A DNA stretch of 64,000 bases from an uncultured delta proteobacterium (GTDB taxonomy: Bacteria; Desulfobacterota; Binatia; UBA9968), in the NCBI GenBank assembly GCA_963727625.1, contig CAVSHR010000004.1, forward strand, positions 672,001-736,000, in the 5' to 3' direction. The notes under the pieces were generated by a model, which saw only the letters and a list, made by a program, of their open reading frames with translations, ran no database searches and was not told where the DNA came from. The position numbers and the translations under genes were made by a program. Of this stretch, positions 48,139 through 58,075 are shown one piece after another. Positions within the stretch are counted from its first letter, which is position 1. Every line of letters starts with the position of its first letter.

Positions 48139-48450
48139 TCATTTTTTGCCCTTCTTCGCTTTGCTGGTAGAGATTAGGTTTTTCCCGCCCTGCTCAAGAC
48201 CGCGGGTCAGTGATCCGTCTTCGTCTTTTTTCTTTTGCAAACCTGAAGGAAGATTTCCCTTCTTTTCGGACAACTGTTCGAGACCAAAGGGAAGTTTGCC
48301 GGCCTCACGGCCGTTTTTCCCTTTAGCACCCGCATCCTGTTTCCCCTTGGCTTTGCCTTTTCCCGCCCCCTCTGAGTACGCGGGGGCTACCGCCGTACTC
48401 ATGCTGAAGGCGATGGCCAGGGCCGACAAACTTCTGAATGTTGCGTTCAT
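48139..48450 (-). CDS. Small exported protein with G-LPxGL repeats
   Basis: Signal peptide; GKLPFGLEQ / GNLPSGLQKK / GSLTRGLEQ; GGAAGG RBS. Confidence 0.6.
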   Translation of the reverse strand: MNATFRSLSALAIAFSMSTAVAPAYSEGAGKGKAKGKQDAGAKGKNGREAGKLPFGLEQLSEKKGNLPSGLQKKKDEDGSLTRGLEQGGKNLISTSKAKKGKK

Positions 48451-48764
48451 CGTTTTCATCCTTCCAATGATAAGAATATTCTCCCGGAGTTTTGCGGCAT
48501 AGTAATCACCCCATTGACGTCTAACCAAAACCATCGTCCGGCGTTTCAGCCGTCAAATTCTGTCTAAGACCAAGTTCGGCCCGACATTACCTGCGTTAAT
48601 GCTTGTCTCGCGAATTCAGAACTGATGACCCGGCAAGGACCAGGAACTGTGGGGAGGCAAAGTAAGCGAACTTGACTGTTGTCGGGTTCACCATTTGCTC
48701 CCTGACCCCCATGGTGACCATGTGGGGGAATCAGTTCATCGCATCAACGTCGAATAGATACATC

Positions 48765-48780
48765 AGCAACAACTATGCCA
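48765..48780 (-). promoter_or_regulatory. Putative sigma-54 promoter
   Basis: Minus strand TGGCATAGTTGTTGCT matches TGGCA(C/T)-N5-TTGC(A/T) with correct GG-N10-GC spacing. Confidence 0.6.
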
Positions 48781-49168
48781 GAGTAACGAAAGGCATTTTC
48801 CTGGACTCTGGGGTACCAGCGCGTCGGGTTTGGAAACAGTAGCAGAAAAGAAATTACCTCACCCGGAAAAAACTCCCCTCACACATGACGTGTTACGGCA
48901 TAAAAGACTCCCGATAATATAAATTTTCCTCACGTGTCGATAGCGTGTCAGGTTTGACAGCCAGGCGCCGTCGTATCGTCTCTCCGGCGCGCGTTGATCA
49001 AAGGCTTGACTACGAGGCGTTATAAAATCGACGCATAGTCCTCCCCGCTTTCACCACCCAAGCCTGCGTGATCCTTGTTCGTAAGGCGAGAGCGACAGAC
49101 AAATCAATAACATTTGAAAGCTTGTTCTCTTTAAGCTTAGCAAAACTAAATGCAAAGCCGCGAGTGAA

Positions 49169-50191
49169 TCAGTCGGGAAGCCAGGCCAGGGCGCGGATTT
49201 CGCCGAGCCGGCGCTTGAGCGCGGTCCAGCTCTCGCCGCCGTCGGTGCTTCGGTAGATCTGGCCGAGAGTCGCGGCGGCGTAGATCAGCTTCGGGTCCGC
49301 CGGGTTGGCGGCGAGGAAATAGGCCGAGCTTTCGACTTCGCCCGGCAATCCGGCGTCCTCCCAAACGGCGCCGTGATTGCGGCTGCGGAACAGGCGCCCG
49401 GCCGTGCCCGGAGGACCGTCGCCGTTGGTCATGAACATGACGCCGCTGCCGTCCGGGCGCTCGACGATGGAGCGGGTGTACTGCCACTCGGAATCGATCG
49501 GTTGCATGATCCAGCTCGCGCCGTCGTCGCGGCTCACGTGCAAGCCCGCATTGGTGGTCGCTAGTAGCACGCGCCCGCCGTTGTGCACCACGGCGAAGCC
49601 GTGAATGTCCTCGGTCTTGATCCCGCGGTCGCTTCGCTCCCATCGCTCGCCACCGTCGGTGCTGCGCCACGCGCCGTCGATTTCCACCCCGGCCCAGACG
49701 AGCGAGGAATCCTTTGGGTCGAAAACGATCTGCGTCACTCGGGTCCAGTGCTTCCGGCCGTAGGCGCCGGGATGCCCCTCGGGATACGGCTTATCGCCCA
49801 GGTAATAGCCGGTAAGCGCGTAGGGCTTCATCGGCACGCTCAGCTTGCGCCAGCTCTTGCCGCCGTTTTCGGAGCGGTAAAGCCCCGACGGCTGCGTTCC
49901 CGCCATCATCACGTCGGGATTATCCGGCGCGCAGGCAATCGCGGTGACGATCATCGCGTCGTCCGCCGGCGACGGGATATGGGTCCAGTTTTCTTCCTCT
50001 TGGTCCATCCGGTAGATACCGGAGTTGGTGCCGGCGAAAAGCACGTGCAGTCGTGAAGGATGCAGCGCCAGCGCCCAGACTTGGCTGCCGCTGTATAGTC
50101 CACTGCCCGTGGACATTCGCAGCAGCGTCTCGCCGAGATCATCGCTGCTCCAAACCGAGAGCCCGTTGGTCGCCACGTATAAATGTGACAT
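49169..50191 (-). CDS. BNR/Asp-box repeat beta-propeller protein
   Basis: Repeated SxDGGxSW boxes (SDDLGET, SENGGKSW, STDGGERW, SRDDGASW, STDGGESW). Confidence 0.88.
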   Translation of the reverse strand: MSHLYVATNGLSVWSSDDLGETLLRMSTGSGLYSGSQVWALALHPSRLHVLFAGTNSGIYRMDQEEENWTHIPSPADDAMIVTAIACAPDNPDVMMAGTQPSGLYRSENGGKSWRKLSVPMKPYALTGYYLGDKPYPEGHPGAYGRKHWTRVTQIVFDPKDSSLVWAGVEIDGAWRSTDGGERWERSDRGIKTEDIHGFAVVHNGGRVLLATTNAGLHVSRDDGASWIMQPIDSEWQYTRSIVERPDGSGVMFMTNGDGPPGTAGRLFRSRNHGAVWEDAGLPGEVESSAYFLAANPADPKLIYAAATLGQIYRSTDGGESWTALKRRLGEIRALAWLPD

Positions 50192-50842
50192 CTCGCCCTC
50201 CTTCGCGTTCTCGAACCCTGCCGTGAGCCGAGGACGTCCAGCTTTCAGCCGTCGTTGAGCCTAACTGGTAAACTCGAACCTATAAGGCTTGGCGCGTTAT
50301 TTGATTCGTTTTCCGAGCGCGACACCCAAGGCCTTGTAGAGGCTAGTCGCGACGAAGTTTTATGTCAAACAAGACCAAAAGCAAATCTCAAAGCGGTCCC
50401 TTTCTTGGGTAGCTTCGCTCGCGAAAACCTGTGAGGATATTTCTTTTCCACCGAGCCCAACATCGTCGGTGGCGCGACAAGATTAATCGCTACGCCGTCT
50501 CTGAGCAAACTTTCTTCCCCTCCCCCTGAAAACTCTCGCACACATGCTCGAAGACCGCTGTGCACTTGTTCTGATAAAGTTCATTCGAGCAAGCGCGCAG
50601 CAAGCCGTCGTCCAATATGCCTTCAATGGCGAGGCGCGCTTGTGGAAGGGACAGTGCTGGAGTCAGGCCAAGATCGTTACTTAAAACGAAAATACAGAGG
50701 TCGAAGATCTCATGCAAAGAAACAAAACGACGAAATTTTCAAACGCAGCAATTAAAAAACATCATCACCGCTTGAAATTTCCAGCGGGGACATCAGCCAT
50801 AACAATCCTATCAAAGCCTTGCCTCCCCTTGTCGGAAATCGA

Positions 50843-51928
50843 TCAGTCCCGCACCACGACGCAGTCGTCGGGATGGGCGGCGGCGTAGATCGACTGGCCA
50901 GGCGCGAATCGCTGCGACGCGGGGGCGATTACGCGCAAGGGTGATCCCGACACCGGCTCAATCATGTAGTCCACCGAGTCGCCGAAGTAGATCGAGCGCA
51001 GGATCGTTCCTAAGAAGAGATTGTAGCCTTGGTCGGTTAACTGGCGGACAGCGTTTTCGTCAGTGACGAGTTTGAGATTATGCGGCCGCAGGCAGACCGA
51101 AGCCTCACTCCCCGCTGCTAGCTCACCGGCGTCGGCGAGGCGAATGGTTGCGCCGTCATCGAGCCGGAGCTTGCCGTCGGCTTCCATGCGTCCGGTGAGG
51201 ATGTTCGCCTTGCCGACGAATTCGGCGACGAAGCGGGTCTTTGGCCGATCGAAGATTTCCGCCGGACTCCCGAACTGAACCAGCCGACCGCGATCGAGCA
51301 CCGCGATCCGATCGGCCGTCGCCATGGCTTCAGCCTGATCATGGGTCACATAAACCGTGGTGATTTTAAATTCTTCGTGCAAGCGGCGAATCTCGAAGCG
51401 CATCTCTTCGCGCAGGTTGGCGTCCAGGTTGCTCAGAGGCTCGTCCATCAAAAGAATATGCGGCTCGACCACCAGCGCGCGCGCCAACGCAACCCGCTGC
51501 TGTTGGCCGCCGGAGAGTTGCGCCGGATAGCGCTCTTTGAATTCCGACAAGTGCACGACGTCGAGCAGCGTGGCTACTTTCTCGTCGATTCCTTGCCTCG
51601 TAAGTTTTTTGAATTTGAGCCCATAGGCAACATTTTGCGCTACCGTCATATGCGGCCAGACCGCATAACTTTGAAAGATCATCGACATGTTGCGCCGCTC
51701 GGGCGGCACGACCGTTGAAGCCGAAGAAATAATCTCGCCGTCCACCCGGATCTCGCCGCCGTCGGGGCGCAAGAAGCCGGCGAGCAGTCTCAACGTCGTG
51801 GTCTTGCCGCAACCGGAAGGGCCGAGCAGCGCGACGAATTGGCCATCAGCGATTTCTAACTGGAGAGCGTCGACGGCGGTGGCATCGCCAAACTGCTTGG
51901 TCAGCGCGCATATCAAAACTGTCGCCAT
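50843..51928 (-). CDS. Fe3+/spermidine-type ABC ATP-binding protein with TOBE domain
   Basis: GPSGCGKTT, FQSYAVWPHM, LSGGQQQRVALARA, THDQAEA. Confidence 0.92.
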   Translation of the reverse strand: MATVLICALTKQFGDATAVDALQLEIADGQFVALLGPSGCGKTTTLRLLAGFLRPDGGEIRVDGEIISSASTVVPPERRNMSMIFQSYAVWPHMTVAQNVAYGLKFKKLTRQGIDEKVATLLDVVHLSEFKERYPAQLSGGQQQRVALARALVVEPHILLMDEPLSNLDANLREEMRFEIRRLHEEFKITTVYVTHDQAEAMATADRIAVLDRGRLVQFGSPAEIFDRPKTRFVAEFVGKANILTGRMEADGKLRLDDGATIRLADAGELAAGSEASVCLRPHNLKLVTDENAVRQLTDQGYNLFLGTILRSIYFGDSVDYMIEPVSGSPLRVIAPASQRFAPGQSIYAAAHPDDCVVVRD

Positions 51929-51930
51929 AG

Positions 51931-53658
51931 TTATTCTCGCATCGCCACCGGCTCCCGGCCGGGAAACCACTGGACGGCAAGAATCACCGCGAAGGAAACC
52001 AACAGTAATAGAATTCCCAATACGGCGATGACCCCAACCTGGCCTTCTTCTTTAAGATCGAAAATGACCACGGACACGACTTTCGAGCTCGGCGCGAACA
52101 GGAGAATCGATGCGCTGAGCTCGCGAATCACGCCGATGAAGATAAACGACCAGGCGGCGATCAATCCCGAGCGCGCCAGCGGCGCGGTCACATCCATCAG
52201 CGTAGTCAGCCGGTTGGCGCCGATGATCCGGCTGGCGTCTTCAAGCTCGGGATGGATGCTTTTAAAAGTCGACTCCGCTTGGGAAAAGCCGATGGGCATT
52301 TCTTTGGTCAAATAGGCGACGAATAGAATCCACACCGTGCCGTAGAGCACCAACGGCGGCCGGGTATAGACGATAAACAAACCGACCGCCAGAACGATGC
52401 CGGGAATGACCAGTGGCGCCAGGGCGAAAAAAGTCAAATAGCGCGCGCCGCGAAACAAATTGCGGTTGGTGATGTACGCGATGAGCGTGGCGAGAACCGT
52501 TCCCACCGTCGCCGTCAAGATGCCCAGTTTAAAAGTGTTGTAGATCGCCCGCTGGGTATCGCCATACTCGAAGAAGGCGAAAGAAAAATTTTTCAGTGAA
52601 AAATTATCCCAGGTGAGCGGCATCGCCCAGGCTTTAGAGAGCGCCGCCTTGAGCAGAATCCAGTAAGGCAGGAACACCGAGAGGGAAAGAATCGTCAGCA
52701 CCAACAACAGCACCGGCACTTTAGCCCAACCTAGCTGGAGAAGTCGCATCTGTCCGCCCTTCCCGCCGACAGTGCTATATCCACGCCGGCCGAGAATCTT
52801 CTTTTGCGCGGCGATCAAGACCATGGTCGCCAAGAGCAGCGGCACCGAAAAGGCCGCCGCCATGTCCAGGCGCGGCGGGTATTGAAACAACGCCCAGATT
52901 TGCGTGGTGATCGTATGCAATCCCGCGGGCAGGCCGAGGATCGCCGGCGCGCCGAACAGCGACAAGGAATGGAGAAATGCCAGGATGAAGCCGCCGAGAA
53001 GTGCCGGTAGCGACAGCGGCAAGGTGATCGTCCAGGCGATGCGCCACTTGTTCGCGCCCAAGATCTCCGCGGCGTCTTCAAGATCGGAGGAAATCAACTC
53101 ACACACGTTGGCGATCATGGAGAAAACAAATGGAAAGCTGTAAAGCGCCATGACGAAAATCAGCCCATGCATGGTGAAGATGTTGAACAGCGCGTCTTCC
53201 GAGCCGGTCAACGCGCGGTAAAATTTATTCAGCGCGCCGGCGTTAGGCCCGGCCAGCAGGGTCCAGGCGAATGCACCGAGGAACGGCGGCGTGACAAACG
53301 AGGCCATGACCAGGGCGCGAATCGACTTTTTACACGGCAGATCCGTGCGCGTCACCAGCCAGGCCAAGAGCGCACCGATCATGACCGCGATCACACCCAC
53401 CCAGGTGGAGATGATCAGGGTGTTCCAGATCGCCTTGAGAAACTGCTCGTTGGTAAAAACTTCCAGGTAGTGTGTGAGCGTCAGGCCGGTTTCGCCCCAC
53501 AGGCTGGCGCGAAAGATCGCGCCGAGCGGGAAGACCATCAAAAAAATTAGTAAAAGCGCCGCGCCCAGCCACACCGGCAGGGTCGGATCTCTCAACCGAA
53601 GCGCGGACCAGCCGGGGTGGCTGCCCCGCGTTATAGCGCCGGACTGGGAAATGGGCAT
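51931..53658 (-). CDS. Fe3+-type ABC permease (FbpB-like, duplicated domain)
   Basis: Two EAA loops (LEDAAEILGA, LEDASRIIGA); TPPFLGA. Confidence 0.9.
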   Translation of the reverse strand: MPISQSGAITRGSHPGWSALRLRDPTLPVWLGAALLLIFLMVFPLGAIFRASLWGETGLTLTHYLEVFTNEQFLKAIWNTLIISTWVGVIAVMIGALLAWLVTRTDLPCKKSIRALVMASFVTPPFLGAFAWTLLAGPNAGALNKFYRALTGSEDALFNIFTMHGLIFVMALYSFPFVFSMIANVCELISSDLEDAAEILGANKWRIAWTITLPLSLPALLGGFILAFLHSLSLFGAPAILGLPAGLHTITTQIWALFQYPPRLDMAAAFSVPLLLATMVLIAAQKKILGRRGYSTVGGKGGQMRLLQLGWAKVPVLLLVLTILSLSVFLPYWILLKAALSKAWAMPLTWDNFSLKNFSFAFFEYGDTQRAIYNTFKLGILTATVGTVLATLIAYITNRNLFRGARYLTFFALAPLVIPGIVLAVGLFIVYTRPPLVLYGTVWILFVAYLTKEMPIGFSQAESTFKSIHPELEDASRIIGANRLTTLMDVTAPLARSGLIAAWSFIFIGVIRELSASILLFAPSSKVVSVVIFDLKEEGQVGVIAVLGILLLLVSFAVILAVQWFPGREPVAMRE

Positions 53659-53676
53659 GAACGCGGCTGCCGCGCT

Positions 53677-54699
53677 TTACGCGCCGAAATATTCAACGAA
53701 GCGTTTCTTTATTTCGGCATTGCGCTTTTCCAGCTCATCGGCGTCGGTGGAAAACAGCTTGAGGTCCTTGAGCTTGGGCTTGTCCGTCGGATAAGTGACG
53801 TCCGGATGGCCGGTATAAAGTCCTTCTTTGTCCGCCAACAACTGCTGCTGCTCTTTGGCGAAAATAAATTCCGTGAAGAGCTTGGCCGCGTTCGGGTGGG
53901 GCGATTCCTTGGCGATGGCCACCGGCGAAACCACCAGAGGGACGCCTTCCTTGGGATAAACGATCTTGATCGGATTCCCCTGTTTTAGCGTCTTGTAATA
54001 GAAATACTCCGCGCCGTTCACGCCGACGGGCCGTTCTCCTGAAGCCACAACGCCGGCCGGGTCGTTGGCCGATTGAACCAGGTGCAATTTGTTTTTCGCC
54101 AGGTCACGAAAATAGTCCCAGCCGTAGACATTCACCAGCGCCAGCACGTGAGTCATGATAATACCGCTGTAACCGGGATGGGCAGAAACTTCTTTGCCGT
54201 TCCACTTGGAATTCAAAAGATCCTTCCAAGTTTTCGGCGCATCTTTCTCGGCGATGATTTTGGGGTTGTACGCAATCACCGAAAGGGTTGCGCGCATGCC
54301 ATAGTAAAAACCGGCCTTGTCCTTGAAACCTGCGGGAAAGTTGCTCACCGCCTGCGGTGTGTACTTCATCAGCATGTTCTTACCCTTGAGCAACTCGAAA
54401 TGGCCGGCATCCGAGGTGTGAATCAGGTCGACATTTTTAATTCCCGCGCTGGCTTCCTGCATCACCCTTTGCAAAACCCGCTGCGAGCCGGTGCGATGAA
54501 CTTCCACCGAGATGCCCGGGTATTTTTTCTCGAAGTAATGGGCGATGGCGGTGGACGAGGGCAAAGCCAGCGAAGTGTACCAAACGACCTTGCCATCTTT
54601 CTTCGCCGCCTGAATCAGCGCGGCGTCTTGTGCCGCGAGCAGCGACGTCATGGCGAGAATAAATAGGCACGTACATAAACTAAGAACTGCTTTCTTCAT
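53677..54699 (-). CDS. Fe3+-type ABC extracellular solute-binding protein
   Basis: Signal peptide; AAKKDGKVVWYTS, APKTWKDLL, PHPNAAKLF; GGAGG RBS. Confidence 0.9.
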   Translation of the reverse strand: MKKAVLSLCTCLFILAMTSLLAAQDAALIQAAKKDGKVVWYTSLALPSSTAIAHYFEKKYPGISVEVHRTGSQRVLQRVMQEASAGIKNVDLIHTSDAGHFELLKGKNMLMKYTPQAVSNFPAGFKDKAGFYYGMRATLSVIAYNPKIIAEKDAPKTWKDLLNSKWNGKEVSAHPGYSGIIMTHVLALVNVYGWDYFRDLAKNKLHLVQSANDPAGVVASGERPVGVNGAEYFYYKTLKQGNPIKIVYPKEGVPLVVSPVAIAKESPHPNAAKLFTEFIFAKEQQQLLADKEGLYTGHPDVTYPTDKPKLKDLKLFSTDADELEKRNAEIKKRFVEYFGA

Positions 54700-54777
54700 A
54701 TAGGCCTCCTGTTTGCCTTGCACGGTTCAACCGGTCAGGTAGTTCAGCAAAATTCGTCTAATAAGCGGGTGTCATTA

Positions 54778-56148
54778 TTACGGAATTAGCTCCTCAGTCA
54801 ATATCGCAATTGAGGCAAGCCGCTCCAGCCGACCAACCAAGTCCAGTACCTTCTCAATCTTGCGCTCCGGCAGCACCAATCCCGCGTTGGCGCGAAACTT
54901 TGCTTCGATTTCCTGCGGCGGCAAGGGATCTTCCAGGCCGCCGCGCGGATGGGGCTGATTCTCTTCGAATATCGTGCCGTCCGCCATTTTGACTTTGACA
55001 TGGCCGGAAAAATGACGCGGATAATCGATGGTCGGATCGAGTTCATATCGCACCTTCGCCGCCAGCGCGAGAATCTCGGTGTCGCCGATAGCGGCGTCGG
55101 TAAATTCTTCCAGGCCCGCTCGACCGCGCACCAGCATGACGGCGATGCTGAAGGGCAAACTGAATTTGGCGCCGTAGGAACTCACCGGCGTCTGCTTGTC
55201 GGCGAGCGGCTCCCATAGGCGATGCACCGGTCCTTCCGCGGTGCGGCAGACGACCTCGACAATCCGCTCCGGCGCAGGGGCGTGCTTTTGCTTGATCCTC
55301 AGCGCGCAGTCCATGTAGGGATGCGAAATCGAGCCGCAGGGATAGGACTTGAATGTCAAGCGCGGAATCTCCCACTCCTTGCCGAGCTCCGTGAGTTTTT
55401 CAAAACGGTAATCGTTCTTGCCGCCGAAGGCGCTAAAAAAGCCATGCGTCCCCTCGAAAACTTTCGCCGGGCCGCGGAAGCCTTCCTTGGCCAGCATCGC
55501 AGCGATGACCCCGCCATGGGCCGACCAGCCGGGGTGCATCCGCTTGGTCCAAGTCCCGTCGGCGAGATATTCGATGATCCCCGAGCTCTGGCTGCCGCAA
55601 AGACCGAATGCATCGACCCATTGATCGAGATTTAGATCGTAGAGTTTGCCTGCCACAGCGGCGGCGCCGAAGGTCGAACAAATCGCGGTCGGATGAAATC
55701 CCCGGGCGTGAAATTTTCCCGGCGCCACCAGGCCGATTTTGCACAACACTTCGGTTCCGGCGACCGCGGCTTCAATGGCCGCCGCGCCGCTGGCGCCGAC
55801 TTCCTCGCCCACCGCGAGCGCGGTCATCCAGGCGCACGAGCCGGTGTGAACAATCGCTTCCTCGAGGGTGTCGTCGTAATCAAGGCCGTGGGCCAGCGTG
55901 CCATTGGCAATCACCGCATTGGCCGCCGCCACTCGCAGCGGCGAGCCGATAAGTAAACTACGATTGGCGCCGCCGAGTTTCTCCGCGACCCGAGTCACCA
56001 TCATGCCGAAATCCATTGTCGATGACGCGAGCGCGATGCCTAGCGTGTCGAGAAAAACGAGTTTCGCCTTTGCGGATACATCGGTCGGCACTTGCGCAAG
56101 CTCCAACCCGCCGGCGAATCGCCCGATGATTTGCGAGTAAGTGTCCAC
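54778..56148 (-). CDS. MmgE/PrpD family protein
   Basis: LDTLG, NGTLAHGLDYDD, RGFHPT, KRMHPG, KSYPCG, AKFSLPF. Confidence 0.92.
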   Translation of the reverse strand: MDTYSQIIGRFAGGLELAQVPTDVSAKAKLVFLDTLGIALASSTMDFGMMVTRVAEKLGGANRSLLIGSPLRVAAANAVIANGTLAHGLDYDDTLEEAIVHTGSCAWMTALAVGEEVGASGAAAIEAAVAGTEVLCKIGLVAPGKFHARGFHPTAICSTFGAAAVAGKLYDLNLDQWVDAFGLCGSQSSGIIEYLADGTWTKRMHPGWSAHGGVIAAMLAKEGFRGPAKVFEGTHGFFSAFGGKNDYRFEKLTELGKEWEIPRLTFKSYPCGSISHPYMDCALRIKQKHAPAPERIVEVVCRTAEGPVHRLWEPLADKQTPVSSYGAKFSLPFSIAVMLVRGRAGLEEFTDAAIGDTEILALAAKVRYELDPTIDYPRHFSGHVKVKMADGTIFEENQPHPRGGLEDPLPPQEIEAKFRANAGLVLPERKIEKVLDLVGRLERLASIAILTEELIP

Positions 56149-56151
56149 GGT

Positions 56152-57582
56152 CTATTTGCTCCGTGTTGTTACCCGTCGCTGCTTTTTTGCCCCCGCTCCG
56201 CCAGCGACGGATAGCGTCTTGAGCAGCGGCGCCAGGCTTTTTAATTTCTCGATGCGCCCAACCAACTCGACGGCGTCGTTGACCTTGCCCCGCGGCAGAA
56301 CCAAATTGGCGCAGTCGCGAAACTTTTCGCCCAGCTCCGACCAACTCATGGGCTTTTCCGGGTGGCCGCGCGCGACATCGGAACGTCCTTCGATCAAACG
56401 GCCGTCTTTGAGTCGGATGCGAATCCGTGAGCGCACCTGATCGTAGCCCAGCCGCTCTAACTCATCATCGACGTAGAGCGTCACCCGCTTCATCAGATCG
56501 ACGACTTTCTTGTCACGCACTTTGCGGTCCTGGAACTGGGCGATGCCGGCTTTGCGTTCGAGCACCGCGATCGCCATACAAAAGGGAATGCTGAATTTTC
56601 CTTCCAACGCGGTTTTCGGCATCGGGTAGATCAGCGCGTTGGGCACGTTGGAATTGGTGCCGACGTCGATCCGGTCGATGTCGGCGGCGCGCAGATCATG
56701 AGCTTTGACCAGATCAAGAATTAAATCTTGCGCCGGGTGGGACAAGGAACCTGACGGATAGGGTTTGATGGACACGCCCGGCTCCTTCATGAAGTACGGC
56801 GCGCCAAGCCGGCCGCTGAGCTTGCGCTCATCATAACCTCCCGCCATGGCGTTGAAGAAACCGCGCCGGGCTTCAAGAATATTCGTCGCTGCCGTGAACC
56901 CGTCGCGCGCCAGCAACGCCGCGGTGACGCCGTTCTCGGCCGCGCGGCCGGCATGGAGCGGTTTGGTCATGGTGCCGAAATTTTCGCGCAACCCGGAGGC
57001 CATGCTCGCGGCGATGCCGAGCGTGCGAATCAGCTGTTCTTCCTTTAGCCCGAGAATTTTACCAACCGCCATGGCGGCGCCCAATCCGCCCATCGTCGCC
57101 GTCGAATGAAACCCGGCCTGGTAATGGCGCGGGCTAATCGCATCGGCGATGCGGCACTCCACCTCGACGCCGAGAACATACGCGAGGAGTAACTCTTGGC
57201 CGCTGATTTTTTCCTTTTCGCCGACGGCCAAAGCCGCCGCCAGCACCGGCGTGGTCGGATGGGTCAATAACCCATAGACCGCTTCTTTGGAAGTCGACAA
57301 CTGGGTGTCGTCGTAGTCCATCGCGTGGCCCGCCACACCGTTGGCGAGGGCAGCCTTCGCAGTAGGCGCGGTCAGAGCGACGCCGAGAATCGAAGACTCG
57401 CCCCGGCCGTTCATGCGGCGGATATGGGCCTGCACAATGCGCGAACACTCATCGCTGGAGCCGGCCAGCGCGACGCCCAAGCCGTCCAGAATAAATCCGC
57501 GCGCCAACTGCACGACGTCTTCGGGGATATCGCGAAAGCGGGTTGTTGCGACAAACCTCGCCACTTCTTGGGTCGGTGCCAT
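56152..57582 (-). CDS. MmgE/PrpD family protein
   Basis: NGVAGHAMDYDD, GFHST, NFGTMTKPLHAG, KPYPSG, GKFSIPF. Confidence 0.92.
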   Translation of the reverse strand: MAPTQEVARFVATTRFRDIPEDVVQLARGFILDGLGVALAGSSDECSRIVQAHIRRMNGRGESSILGVALTAPTAKAALANGVAGHAMDYDDTQLSTSKEAVYGLLTHPTTPVLAAALAVGEKEKISGQELLLAYVLGVEVECRIADAISPRHYQAGFHSTATMGGLGAAMAVGKILGLKEEQLIRTLGIAASMASGLRENFGTMTKPLHAGRAAENGVTAALLARDGFTAATNILEARRGFFNAMAGGYDERKLSGRLGAPYFMKEPGVSIKPYPSGSLSHPAQDLILDLVKAHDLRAADIDRIDVGTNSNVPNALIYPMPKTALEGKFSIPFCMAIAVLERKAGIAQFQDRKVRDKKVVDLMKRVTLYVDDELERLGYDQVRSRIRIRLKDGRLIEGRSDVARGHPEKPMSWSELGEKFRDCANLVLPRGKVNDAVELVGRIEKLKSLAPLLKTLSVAGGAGAKKQRRVTTRSK

Positions 57583-57859
57583 GCTAAACCTCTACGCTCG
57601 AAAAATATTTTGGCGGCCTGCCCTCCGCGTATCTGGCCAGAATCAACATTGCACCGGAGCACGATCAAGTTCAAGCATAAAACACTCGATGCCGTATGCT
57701 GGCGCCGGATCACCTCGGTCTCAGATTTCGGTAGCGACTCAACTGAACAGCAGATGGTTCAGTTGGTTAATCAGGACGACATCTCCGATCACATGTCATG
57801 TTTGCAGAAAACCCGCACTGGCCCCCCAAAACAAGTCGCGACCCAGATTTGGCTCCGTC

Positions 57860-57888
57860 TTGACAGCACCCAGGGCGTGGGATAGTTT
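57860..57888 (+). promoter_or_regulatory. Putative sigma-70 promoter for the riboswitch leader
   Basis: TTGACA-17 nt-TAGTTT, 14 nt upstream of the aptamer. Confidence 0.6.
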
Positions 57889-57902
57889 TTTACTCTACTG
57901 GA

Positions 57903-58017
57903 CACCTTATCCAGAGTGGTGGAGGGATAGGCCCTTCGAAGCCACAGCAACCGGTTCCGGGCATCGGAACGCTGGTGCTAAGTCCCGCTCCCGATCACCG
58001 GGGGCAAAGATAAGGTG
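57903..58017 (+). promoter_or_regulatory. SAM-I (S-box) riboswitch aptamer
   Basis: CTTATCCAGAG-TGGT-GGAGGGA-TAGGCCC-TTCGAAGCCA-CAGCAACC ... GGTGCTAAGTCC ... AAAGATAAG; P1 CACCTTATC/GATAAGGTG. Confidence 0.93.
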
Positions 58018-58026
58018 AGGTTTTCC

Positions 58027-58064
58027 AAACCTCTTCTTATCTTGTTTAAGAAGAGGTTTTTTTT
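58027..58064 (+). terminator. Riboswitch expression-platform terminator
   Basis: AAACCTCTTCTTA-loop-TAAGAAGAGGTTT followed by a T-run; its 5' arm can alternatively pair with AAGATAAG-GTGAGGTTT (antiterminator). Confidence 0.88.
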
Positions 58065-58075
58065 GGCGCGCGGCA

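Noticed and set aside
50200-50840. 640-bp intergenic region with short ORFs
   Set aside because: I could not identify a convincing RBS, protein motif, repeat or RNA family.
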